This document shows, piece by piece, positions 36,935 through 45,654 of a stretch of DNA of 64,000 nucleotides. Location of the stretch: IMG/VR virus record IMGVR_UViG_3300032292_000618, positions 64,001-128,000 of that record. One strand, written 5' to 3'. Position 1 is the first letter of the stretch. Each line of letters opens with the position of its first letter. The stretch is from a virus. Taxonomy: Duplodnaviria > Caudoviricetes. Position numbers and translations under genes: made by a program. The notes under the pieces were generated by a model. It was not told where the DNA came from. It saw only the letters and a program-made list of their open reading frames with translations, and did not search any database.

Positions 36935-38191
36935 ATGAAAAATTATAAGTTTAGTATTATTACTCCAGAGCATAGTAAAAAAAATATTCCTTTCCTAATT
37001 GAATTGTATGAAACAATTAGGGATCAAACTTATACTGATTGGGAATGGATTCTTTATTTGAATGGTGAATGTAAAGTTTCAGACATTCCAGATGAAATTA
37101 AATCCGATAAAAAAGTAAAGATCCATACAGGAATAACTAATCCCAATATTGGGTTTATTAAAAATAAAGCTTTTTTCCTGGGGACTGGAGATATTCTAGT
37201 AGAAGTAGATCATGATGATTTACTTTCTTTAGATTGTTTAGAGGAACTCAATCTAGCTTTCCAAGATGAAGAAATTGGATTTGCTTACAGTGAAAATCTT
37301 CTTTATGATATGAGAGGCAATGAGTTTAAAGTTCCTTGGAATCCTGAAAATGGATGGACCAATACTTGGGTCAATTTCAGGGGAGAAGATTTTATGAAAA
37401 TAGATCAGTTCCCAGCAACTAGTCAGAGTGTGAGTATTATTTGGTATGCTCCAGACCATGTTAGATCTTGGAGAAAGGAAATTTATCATGAATTGGGTGG
37501 GCATAATCCAGAGTTAAATATCTGCGATGATCATGAATTAGTAATTAGGACTTATCTTAAAACTAAATTTAAATTTATTAAGAAAATTCTTTATTACTAT
37601 AGATGGTTGCCAGGAGGAGATAATACCCAACTCATTAGAAATGAAGCAATTCAAATCAAAACTTTTGAATTGATGAGGGAATATTCTCAACTGTTGGCAG
37701 AAAGAGATGCTGATCTTAAGGGTTTGATGAAGGTTGATATTGGTGGAGGATTATTTCCAAGACCTGGATATGTTACTATTGACCAAGAAGGTGGGGACAT
37801 TACTTGTGATTTAAATGAAGGAATTCCACTACCAGACAATAGTGTTGGTGTTATTAATGCAAGTCATGTATTAGAACACCTAAAGGATCCAATCAAATCC
37901 ATGAAAGAAATTTACAGAGTTCTTTGTGATGGGGGTTGGGCATTCATTGAAGTTCCTTCTACTGATGGTAGAGGAGCTTTCCAAGATCCAACTCATGTTA
38001 GTTTTTGGAATGAAAATAGTTTCTGGTATTATACTAGAAGAGATAAAGCACAATTCATCAGAAATGATACAATTAAGTTTCAAGAGTTTAGACTTGATAC
38101 TACATGGTGGCAAGACAACATAGCAGTAACAAGTGCTTGGCTTTGTGCCATAAAATCAAATACACGTAGACCACATCCAGTTAGAATTTAA
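36935..38191 (+). CDS. GT2 glycosyltransferase fused to a SAM-dependent methyltransferase
   Basis: FSIITP...VDHDD...CDD, then VDIGGG...ASHVLEH...QDPTH. Confidence 0.88.
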   Translation: MKNYKFSIITPEHSKKNIPFLIELYETIRDQTYTDWEWILYLNGECKVSDIPDEIKSDKKVKIHTGITNPNIGFIKNKAFFLGTGDILVEVDHDDLLSLDCLEELNLAFQDEEIGFAYSENLLYDMRGNEFKVPWNPENGWTNTWVNFRGEDFMKIDQFPATSQSVSIIWYAPDHVRSWRKEIYHELGGHNPELNICDDHELVIRTYLKTKFKFIKKILYYYRWLPGGDNTQLIRNEAIQIKTFELMREYSQLLAERDADLKGLMKVDIGGGLFPRPGYVTIDQEGGDITCDLNEGIPLPDNSVGVINASHVLEHLKDPIKSMKEIYRVLCDGGWAFIEVPSTDGRGAFQDPTHVSFWNENSFWYYTRRDKAQFIRNDTIKFQEFRLDTTWWQDNIAVTSAWLCAIKSNTRRPHPVRI

Positions 38192-38195
38192 AGTT

Positions 38196-38444
38196 ATGAA
38201 TTTTACAGTTTACAGCAAAAGAGGTTGTCCATATTGCGACAAAATTAAAACAGTTCTTGGGGATCTTAGTATCAGAAAAGGGATCCCTGTAATTTCATAT
38301 GAGCTTGGTACTGATTTTACCAGAGAAGAATTTTATTCAGAATTTGGTCAAGGATCTACTTTTCCTCAAATCATTATGAATGGTAAGCATCTTGGTGGAT
38401 GTTCTGATACAGTTAAATACCTTAGTGAACAATCACTTCTTTGA
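38196..38444 (+). CDS. nrdC: Glutaredoxin
   Basis: CPYC; TFPQI; LGGC. Confidence 0.92.
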   Translation: MNFTVYSKRGCPYCDKIKTVLGDLSIRKGIPVISYELGTDFTREEFYSEFGQGSTFPQIIMNGKHLGGCSDTVKYLSEQSLL

Positions 38445-38623
38445 TGAGTTCTATAAATAATCAAAGAACCCCTGATATTAATAGGGGTGTTGAGTTGCTG
38501 TTAAGAAGGAGGACACCTGAAAAGAAAACATTTTCATTTGTTTTTCAAAAGATGGTCTCTTTTTTAAGAAAAGATATAACCATCTACTTTAATATTTCTC
38601 TTGATATCAAGAGACAAAAGTAG
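38444..38623 (+). CDS. Hypothetical protein
   Basis: INRGVELLLRRR. Confidence 0.6.
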   Translation: MSSINNQRTPDINRGVELLLRRRTPEKKTFSFVFQKMVSFLRKDITIYFNISLDIKRQK

Positions 38624-38637
38624 TAAGGAGTACTAAA

Positions 38638-38853
38638 ATGATAGCAATAACACTAGTTTTCTCAGTAATGTTTTTCATTATGTCTTTGGTGGTTGGGGGA
38701 TTAGTTGGTTGGGTTTATAGAGAACATGCTTGGTCCCAACAAGTTGCAAGATTACATCCAGAAATGTATGATGAAAATGGAAATGTTATTCCTGATGAAA
38801 TTATTGCCTTTAGATTTGAAGGAGATCTAGAGGAAGAAGATCCTGAAGATTAA
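38638..38853 (+). CDS. Membrane-anchored hypothetical protein
   Basis: AAGGAG ribosome-binding site; TM helix; HPEMYDENG. Confidence 0.8.
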   Translation: MIAITLVFSVMFFIMSLVVGGLVGWVYREHAWSQQVARLHPEMYDENGNVIPDEIIAFRFEGDLEEEDPED

Positions 38854-38871
38854 TTAATTGGAGTTAAACTT

Positions 38872-39309
38872 ATGAAATTACCACCAAATCAATTGGTGTC
38901 TGAAATCATTCAAAGAGTTTCTAATGCAAAAACTAGAGACGAAAAGATTCAAATTTTAAGGCACTATGATTCCCCTGCTCTTAGAGCAGTTCTCATATGG
39001 AATTTTGAAGATAAAGTATTATCTGATCTACCTCCTGGAGATGTCCCATATACCCCAAATGATGCCCCAGCAGGCACAGAACACTCAAAGCTTATTCATG
39101 AGTGGCAAAAGTTTAATCACTTTGTTCAAGGGGTTACTAATGTTACTAAAATTAAAAAAGAAGTAATGTTTATTCAACTTCTAGAAGCTCTACATGCATC
39201 TGAAGCTGAATTAGTTTGCGTTATGAAAGATAAGCAACTACATAAAAGATTTAAAATTACAAAAGCAGTTGTTCAAGATGCTTTCCCAGAAATTCAATTC
39301 TCATCTTGA
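38872..39309 (+). CDS. Conserved T4-like hypothetical protein
   Basis: LPPGDVPY...FIQLLEALH. Confidence 0.8.
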   Translation: MKLPPNQLVSEIIQRVSNAKTRDEKIQILRHYDSPALRAVLIWNFEDKVLSDLPPGDVPYTPNDAPAGTEHSKLIHEWQKFNHFVQGVTNVTKIKKEVMFIQLLEALHASEAELVCVMKDKQLHKRFKITKAVVQDAFPEIQFSS

Positions 39310-39329
39310 TTAAATTGAGGTAAGTAGAA

Positions 39330-39581
39330 TTGAATGTTATTCATAAAGATTGTAATAAAGATTTATCTAAAGATAAATCTCTTCCAAGAAATAGTTACTT
39401 AGTTACTTATATTGACAAAGATAAACTTAAATATGATATAGTGCAAGCAAGTTGTTTTGTGGAAGTTTTTGATAACTATTATGATGAGTTAGGAAAGGAT
39501 AAGATTAAAAGCATTAAATGGACTGATGGGGCAGCAAACCCCAAAACATACGGAGAAAAACCTAAAAAAAAGTCAAGATGA
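39330..39581 (+). CDS. Hypothetical protein
   Basis: GAGG ribosome-binding site; TTG start. Confidence 0.7.
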   Translation: MNVIHKDCNKDLSKDKSLPRNSYLVTYIDKDKLKYDIVQASCFVEVFDNYYDELGKDKIKSIKWTDGAANPKTYGEKPKKKSR

Positions 39582-39582
39582 A

Positions 39583-39909
39583 ATGGGCAAACATTATTTA
39601 CTAAACCTATATGGATGCTCATTCGTTCTTTTGGATGATGAACAAATTTTAGTTAACCTGCTGGAATTTGCAGCAGTTAAAAGCAAAGCAACTGTGATTC
39701 AAACTATATCTAAAAAGTTTGAACCACAAGGAGTGACTGTAATATGCTTACTCTCAGAGAGTCATATTAGTATTCACACTTGGCCTGAAGAAGGAAAGGC
39801 TGCAGTAGATGTATATACTTGTGGTGATTGTGATCCAAAAATTGGGTGTGATATTATCATAGAACAACTGTGCTCACAAAGTCATACTTTAAGTTATATT
39901 GAAAGGTAA
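39583..39909 (+). CDS. speD: S-adenosylmethionine decarboxylase proenzyme
   Basis: MGKH...FEPQGVT...LSESHISIHTWPE...DVYTCG. Confidence 0.93.
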   Translation: MGKHYLLNLYGCSFVLLDDEQILVNLLEFAAVKSKATVIQTISKKFEPQGVTVICLLSESHISIHTWPEEGKAAVDVYTCGDCDPKIGCDIIIEQLCSQSHTLSYIER

Positions 39910-39966
39910 ATTTTAAATAACATTACTAAAGATAGATCCGATGACTGAAGACAAAGAGATTGACTG

Positions 39967-39992
39967 GGGGGATTGACTTTCCCCCTTTTTTT
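39967..39992 (+). terminator. Rho-independent terminator overlapping a promoter (TTGACT-17 nt-TAGACT, 39973-40001)
   Basis: GGGGGA...TCCCCC followed by a T-run. Confidence 0.75.
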
Positions 39993-40022
39993 GTGTAGAC
40001 TATCTTAAAAGTAAGATATCTT

Positions 40023-40175
40023 ATGGATAGAGAAAAAGTTAGAATGATTGTTAGAAACATGGAACTTCTAGTTCAATCTTTAAAGCACGAAATAGAAGGA
40101 CCTCCCATGCATATTTCAGTAGAAGAGGATGCTATGGTAACTCCTTTTACTGAAGATTATGATGAGGCGTACTAA
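40023..40175 (+). CDS. Hypothetical protein, 50 aa
   Basis: MDREKVRMIVRNMELLVQSLK... Confidence 0.7.
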   Translation: MDREKVRMIVRNMELLVQSLKHEIEGPPMHISVEEDAMVTPFTEDYDEAY

Positions 40176-40330
40176 TGAAGTTTAATGATGCTGCAAGGTT
40201 AGCCAAGGTTGCATTGAAACAACCTTGGTTGTATGATGAGAAAGAACTACAGTACATTAAAAAAGCAAAAAAACTTGCACAAAAAGCTTTAAAACTTAAG
40301 CATATGAAAGGAGAAAAAGATGAGTTCTAA
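40175..40330 (+). CDS. Hypothetical protein, 51 aa
   Basis: MKFNDAARLAK...PWLYDEKELQYIKKAKK. Confidence 0.65.
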   Translation: MKFNDAARLAKVALKQPWLYDEKELQYIKKAKKLAQKALKLKHMKGEKDEF

Positions 40331-41012
40331 TGTTAAATTTATTTCAGTTACCCCAGATGCAGAAAAAACAATGGCATATATTGCTAGAGTTTCTAATCCT
40401 GCAAATCAAGATAACGAGAACTATGCCAAGTTGCTTGCTTATTGTATTAAGCATAATCATTGGTCTGTGTTTGAACAGTCTTCTATGACATTAGAGATTG
40501 AAACCAATCGTGGTATTGCAGCACAAATATTGAGGCATAGATCTTTCACATTTCAAGAATTTTCTCAAAGATATGCAGACACAAATCTGCTATCTAATCA
40601 TATTCCTATTCCAGATCTTCGTAGACAGGATACAAAGAATCGTCAAAACTCTACTGATGATCTTGGTGAATATGTAAAATTAGGATTACAAGGTGAAATT
40701 GCAGAGCACTTTAAATCATCTTTGAATCTTTATAATAGACTTATTGAAAGAGGAGTTGCAAAGGAGTGTGCTCGTTTTGTTCTTCCTTTAGCAACCCCCA
40801 CTAGAATCTATATGACTGGCTCTTGCAGGTCCTGGATTCATTATATCAATCTGCGTTCTGCTCATGGCACTCAGAAAGAACACATGGATATTGCTGAAGC
40901 ATGTAAGTGTGTTTTCATTTGCCAGTTCCCAGAAGTATCTAAAGCTCTTGGATGGGACAATACAGAAAATTGCCCAGAATGTATTGATGCTCCTTCAATT
41001 TGTATAGAATAA
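40320..41012 (+). CDS. thyX: FAD-dependent thymidylate synthase
   Basis: HWSVFE; RHRSFTFQEFSQRY; ECARFVLP. Confidence 0.97.
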   Translation: MSSNVKFISVTPDAEKTMAYIARVSNPANQDNENYAKLLAYCIKHNHWSVFEQSSMTLEIETNRGIAAQILRHRSFTFQEFSQRYADTNLLSNHIPIPDLRRQDTKNRQNSTDDLGEYVKLGLQGEIAEHFKSSLNLYNRLIERGVAKECARFVLPLATPTRIYMTGSCRSWIHYINLRSAHGTQKEHMDIAEACKCVFICQFPEVSKALGWDNTENCPECIDAPSICIE

Positions 41013-41037
41013 ATATCTTTGTATAGTATTATTACTT

Positions 41038-41280
41038 ATGGCAGTATATCCAATTATTCATGTAGATACTGGAGAAAAGAAAGTAATTGAAATGAGCATT
41101 CATGATATTACTCAGTGGTATAAAGATAACCCTGAATGGAGAAGAGATTGGTCTGAGGGATGTGCAAGTCCTGGAGAAACTGGTGATTGGAGAAACAAAC
41201 TAATTAGCAGAAATCCAGGATGGAATGATGTCCTAAGTAAAGCAAGTAAAGCCCCTGGATCTAGAGTAAAAAAAATCTAA
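41038..41280 (+). CDS. Hypothetical protein
   Basis: MAVYP...TGE...GWNDVL. Confidence 0.75.
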   Translation: MAVYPIIHVDTGEKKVIEMSIHDITQWYKDNPEWRRDWSEGCASPGETGDWRNKLISRNPGWNDVLSKASKAPGSRVKKI

Positions 41281-42038
41281 TGACAAGAAAAAAAAGAAAC
41301 AACGATTTACATCCAATTGGTATTGGAATGACTTCAAGGCAAATGAAGAGAAGGAAACCAATCAATACAGATCTATTGCTGGATATAAATCCAGTAACTG
41401 AAAACCAAGGTAAACTTTTTGATGCTTATAATTCAGATAAACATCTTTTTGTTTATGGTTGTGCTGGAACTGGTAAAACATTTTGTGCATTATACTTAGC
41501 ACTTAAAGATGTTCTTTCTGAGATTACTCCATATCAAAAGATTGTTATTGTTAGATCTTTAGTTGCAACTAGAGAGATTGGTTTTCTTCCTGGAGATCAT
41601 GATGACAAGTCTGCACTTTATCAGATCCCATACAAGAACATGGTTAAGTACATGTTTGAAATGCCATCTGATGCAGAATTTGAAATGCTCTATGGAAGTC
41701 TAAAAACTCAAGAGACTGTTACTTTTTGGAGCACATCTTTTATCAGGGGGACAACCTTAGATAATTCTATTATTATTGTAGATGAAGCTCAAAACTTGAA
41801 CTTTCATGAACTTGATAGTATAATTACAAGGGTTGGAGACAACTCAAGGATTGTGTTTTGTGGAGATGCTACACAATCAGATTTAACTAAGACTAATGAA
41901 AGAAATGGCATTTTAGATTTTATGAAAATCATTCAAAGAATGCCTGAATTTGAAACCATTGAATTTGGCGTAGAAGATATTGTTAGATCTGGACTAGTTA
42001 AATCTTATATCGTTAATAAAATAGCTGCTGGATTTTAA
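41280..42038 (+). CDS. phoH: PhoH-family ATPase
   Basis: GCAGTGKT; GFLPG; RGTTL; DEAQN; GDATQSD; IVRSGLV. Confidence 0.96.
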   Translation: MTRKKRNNDLHPIGIGMTSRQMKRRKPINTDLLLDINPVTENQGKLFDAYNSDKHLFVYGCAGTGKTFCALYLALKDVLSEITPYQKIVIVRSLVATREIGFLPGDHDDKSALYQIPYKNMVKYMFEMPSDAEFEMLYGSLKTQETVTFWSTSFIRGTTLDNSIIIVDEAQNLNFHELDSIITRVGDNSRIVFCGDATQSDLTKTNERNGILDFMKIIQRMPEFETIEFGVEDIVRSGLVKSYIVNKIAAGF

Positions 42039-42718
42039 TGTTTAATCATATTGATATTAGTCTCCCTCAATTAGAGAGGGAGGCAATTGATGGTGTAAGA
42101 TACTATAAAGTTCCTGATGGAGATGAACTTCTAAAGTTTGTCTCCATTACTTCTGTAACTAGTCACCACAATAAACATATTTTTGAGAAGTGGCGAAAAA
42201 AGGTAGGAGAAGAAGAAGCAAATAGAGTCAACAAACAAGCAACTACACGTGGTACTCAAATGCACTTTTTGTGCGAGCAGTACTTAAATAACCTAGATTG
42301 TAATAGTGATGTCAACCCAATGTCTGAAATGTTATTTCAGATTATGTGTAGAGAATTAAAAAAAATAAATAATATCTATGCACTTGAGTCTTCATTATAC
42401 AGCAAGCAGTTGGGTATAGCAGGAACAGTAGACTGTATTGCTGAATATAATGGTGAGTTGGCAATCATAGACTTTAAAACTTCAAAGAAAGAAAAACCAA
42501 GAGAATGGGTTGAACATTACTTTGTTCAAGCAGCAGCATATGCTTGTATGTTTTATGAATTGACTGGTATCCCAGTTAAAAAACTTGTAATTCTTATGGC
42601 ATGTGAAGATGGTGATTGCGTTGTTTATGAAGAGTATGATAAAATGAAATACATCAAACTTCTTTCACAGTATATTAAAGATTTTATACAATTTAAACTA
42701 AAAGAATATGGAAAGTAA
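42038..42718 (+). CDS. PD-(D/E)XK exonuclease
   Basis: RGTQMH; AGTVDC; IIDFKTS; YFVQAAAY. Confidence 0.9.
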   Translation: MFNHIDISLPQLEREAIDGVRYYKVPDGDELLKFVSITSVTSHHNKHIFEKWRKKVGEEEANRVNKQATTRGTQMHFLCEQYLNNLDCNSDVNPMSEMLFQIMCRELKKINNIYALESSLYSKQLGIAGTVDCIAEYNGELAIIDFKTSKKEKPREWVEHYFVQAAAYACMFYELTGIPVKKLVILMACEDGDCVVYEEYDKMKYIKLLSQYIKDFIQFKLKEYGK

Positions 42719-42965
42719 ATTAAAATCTGCATTAGAATCAAAGTTTTTATGTCAGGCAAAATTCTCTCAACTGATTGAAGATCTAGTCAAGGTCAATAAA
42801 GATATGAATTATATTGATGCAATAGTTCACTATTGCGATCAAAATAATATTGAAGTAGATTCTGTTGGTAAACTAATTAGCAAACCTTTGAAAGAAAAAC
42901 TCAAATGTGATGCTATCAATTTAAATTTTCTAAAGCGTACATCTAGAGCAAAACTTTTAATATGA
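42708..42965 (+). CDS. gp33: Late transcription coactivator
   Basis: YIDAIVHYC...LKEKLK..A..LNFL; position before gp59. Confidence 0.9.
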   Translation: MESKLKSALESKFLCQAKFSQLIEDLVKVNKDMNYIDAIVHYCDQNNIEVDSVGKLISKPLKEKLKCDAINLNFLKRTSRAKLLI

Positions 42966-43555
42966 CACCATTTGATGCCTATAAAACTTACATTGCATTG
43001 AAGAATCATTTTAGCAAAGACAAATATGATTATCACAAGTATGCAGGCAAGTCTAGAGCATCAATAGAATCATTTAATAAAAGAAAGGATAAGTATTGGT
43101 TTGAAAAACTTAGCAGACAAAAGAGCGATGATGAGGTTAAAAACTTCTACATCGCTAATTTTGTAGAAGCAGATGATCCAAATAGTTTGTGGATTGGTAA
43201 TGTGATTAGAGCAGGAGATATTTACTATAAGGATTGGGTTAAACGACAGCAAAGTTTGCAGTATCTTTTCACACAAGAGTCACAAACTTTCTTTTCTGAG
43301 TATACTTTAGACCAAGCATTTGATTGTAAGAAGGGTCATCCACCTGTATTAAGAAAGTTCCTGAGCGGGAATATTTCACCTGAAACACTAGTGATCTATG
43401 ATAGAATATTCCTGATCAGGAATAATTTTGACAAGAAACTTTTAGATCCAATTTGGGAATCTGTGTCTTTAAAAATAAAGAAGTACACACCATTTCTAAA
43501 TATCGATGTGTTTAAGTATAAAAAGATTTTAAAGGATACAATTACAGGAGAATAA
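42962..43555 (+). CDS. gp59: Helicase loader
   Basis: YIALKNHF...YDY...RKDKYWFEKL. Confidence 0.92.
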   Translation: MTPFDAYKTYIALKNHFSKDKYDYHKYAGKSRASIESFNKRKDKYWFEKLSRQKSDDEVKNFYIANFVEADDPNSLWIGNVIRAGDIYYKDWVKRQQSLQYLFTQESQTFFSEYTLDQAFDCKKGHPPVLRKFLSGNISPETLVIYDRIFLIRNNFDKKLLDPIWESVSLKIKKYTPFLNIDVFKYKKILKDTITGE

Positions 43556-43556
43556 A

Positions 43557-43892
43557 ATGTCTTTTTTTGATTCAGAAATGGTTCAAGAAGAAATGAATAC
43601 TATTGCAAAGATTCAAAAGAAGATCGTAAAAGAACTTCCATCATTTTTCATTATGGATACTAATGAAAAATTAGAACATATAAATCTTCTTTCTGAACTT
43701 TTAGAAAAGCAACAAATTCTTTATACTAGACTAACTCTTTCTGATGATCCAGATGCTCTGAGATTGAAAGAGCAAATGATAGAATCAGCAAAGATATTAG
43801 GATTTGGCCCAAATCCTGATGTGAATGTTGTATTTAAATCTATGCAGAAAACAATTGATAGTCTTAGAAAGACTGCTCTAAAGGGCAGATAA
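43557..43892 (+). CDS. DUF1825-like hypothetical protein
   Basis: MSFFDSEMVQEE...RLTLSDDPDA. Confidence 0.75.
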   Translation: MSFFDSEMVQEEMNTIAKIQKKIVKELPSFFIMDTNEKLEHINLLSELLEKQQILYTRLTLSDDPDALRLKEQMIESAKILGFGPNPDVNVVFKSMQKTIDSLRKTALKGR

Positions 43893-43898
43893 ATAAGG

Positions 43899-43927
43899 TT
43901 GACAAGAGTATTTGGTTGTGCTATAAT
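43899..43927 (+). promoter_or_regulatory. Sigma70 promoter of gp32
   Basis: TTGACA-17 nt-TATAAT. Confidence 0.85.
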
Positions 43928-43974
43928 ACTTTTGTGATCTCAATCCGATCAATCCAATTAATCCGAGGTAATCC

Positions 43975-44886
43975 ATGTCTTTTTCAGACCTTAAAAAACA
44001 ATCCAAGCTTGGTTCTCTTACTTCTAAACTGGTACAAGAAGTAGAGAAGATGAATACTTCAAGTAATTCTGCAGATGATAGACTGTGGAAACCTGAAGTA
44101 GACAAAGCAGGTAATGGATTTGCAGTTATTAGATTTCTTACTGCTCCAGAGGGAGAAGATCTTCCATGGGCAAAAGTATATAATCATGCCTTCCAGGGAA
44201 CTGGTGGATGGTTAATTGATAATTGTCTTACAACTCTTGGTCAACAGTGTCCAGTTTGCGAAGCAAATCGTGAACTGTGGAATACTGGAAGCAAAGCAAA
44301 CCAAGAAATTGTTCGTCAAAGAAAGCGTAAACTTTCTTACTACTCCAACATCTATGTTGTGAGTGACAAGGCACACCCTGAGAATGAAGGTAAGGTGTTC
44401 CTGTTCAAGTATGGCAAGAAGATCTTTGATAAGATCTCTGCTGCTATGCAACCAGAGTTTGATGATGAAACTCCTATTGATCCTTTTGACTTCTGGAATG
44501 GTGCAAACTTCAAAGTGAAGATCACCAAGAAAGATGGTTACTGGAACTATGATAAGTCTGAGTTTGAATCTCCATCAACCTTGGGGAACTTTGATGATGA
44601 TACCCTTGAAGGAATCTGGAAAAAAGCATACTCTCTTCAAGAGTTTATGAAGGCAGAAAACTTCAAGTCTTATGAGCAACTTGATGGTAGACTGAAAGCA
44701 GTTCTTGGTAAGAAGACTACTCCTAAGCAAGATGAATCTACTGAAGGAGAAGATGATAGTCGTGGTTCTCTGGAAGAAGAAGTGATTGATCTTCCTAGGT
44801 TTACTTCTAATAGTAAAGCATCACAATCTTCTGATGATGAAGATGATGATGCTCTGAGTTATTTCCAAAGACTGGCTGAAGAATGA
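43975..44886 (+). CDS. gp32: Single-stranded DNA-binding protein
   Basis: DDRLW; GNGFAVIRFL; H...CLTT...CPVC; GANFKVK; acidic tail. Confidence 0.97.
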   Translation: MSFSDLKKQSKLGSLTSKLVQEVEKMNTSSNSADDRLWKPEVDKAGNGFAVIRFLTAPEGEDLPWAKVYNHAFQGTGGWLIDNCLTTLGQQCPVCEANRELWNTGSKANQEIVRQRKRKLSYYSNIYVVSDKAHPENEGKVFLFKYGKKIFDKISAAMQPEFDDETPIDPFDFWNGANFKVKITKKDGYWNYDKSEFESPSTLGNFDDDTLEGIWKKAYSLQEFMKAENFKSYEQLDGRLKAVLGKKTTPKQDESTEGEDDSRGSLEEEVIDLPRFTSNSKASQSSDDEDDDALSYFQRLAEE

Positions 44887-44902
44887 TTATATCAGGAGGT
44901 GC

Positions 44903-45652
44903 TTAGTCACCTCCTTTTTTTGTTTTTATATCTACATACTGAGTTGAAAATCCATAGGACATTATTTCTTCCATATCATCTATAATAGTCTGTAAGAATT
45001 TTGGTTTTAGTACATAGATATTTCTTTTCTTATCATTTTGAGCAATCTCATATTCATAAATGCTTACTGATTTTACTGGGTTAATAGTAACTGTATCTCC
45101 TTGTATGTTTTCTACTACTTGTGCTGAGTCAAATTTAACCAAAGTTGAATCAAATTTTTGTAATGTTGAATCAAATGAAAATGGTACAGTGATTACATTA
45201 ATCTGTTGAATAGATGGTTCAAAGTATGTAACAGTAAAATTAGAATCTACTAGTTTCCCAGAAGGAACTATAAGTTTTCCTCTACTATCATAGTGAGATA
45301 CTGTTTCATAATGATGTGCTTCTGTTAATTGTTCTGAAGTATATTTTCTAAAAATATAATCATCAAATTCAGAGTCTGATAGTGGCCATTCAGTTCTAAT
45401 ATTAATTATATTGTTTGCTAGTAAAACTACCCAATCAAATGTAGGACTTCCATATATTTTTTCTGCAATTTGTTCTGGTCTCTCCTCTCCAACAATTTTA
45501 TACTTAGTAAATGCCACTGCACTATTAAGTATGTCATCACGAATTTTAGATCTACGAAAGAGATTTTTAACTCTTACTAGATCAGAGGATGAATTTTTAG
45601 ATTGTAGTTGAGAAGGATATAAAATATCCGAAAAATTTCTAAAGTATGTCAT
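44903..45652 (-). CDS. gp53: Baseplate wedge subunit
   Basis: YF..F; ERPEQIAEKIYG...WVVLLANNI...EWP; HHYE. Confidence 0.9.
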   Translation of the reverse strand: MTYFRNFSDILYPSQLQSKNSSSDLVRVKNLFRRSKIRDDILNSAVAFTKYKIVGEERPEQIAEKIYGSPTFDWVVLLANNIINIRTEWPLSDSEFDDYIFRKYTSEQLTEAHHYETVSHYDSRGKLIVPSGKLVDSNFTVTYFEPSIQQINVITVPFSFDSTLQKFDSTLVKFDSAQVVENIQGDTVTINPVKSVSIYEYEIAQNDKKRNIYVLKPKFLQTIIDDMEEIMSYGFSTQYVDIKTKKGGD

Positions 45653-45654
45653 TA

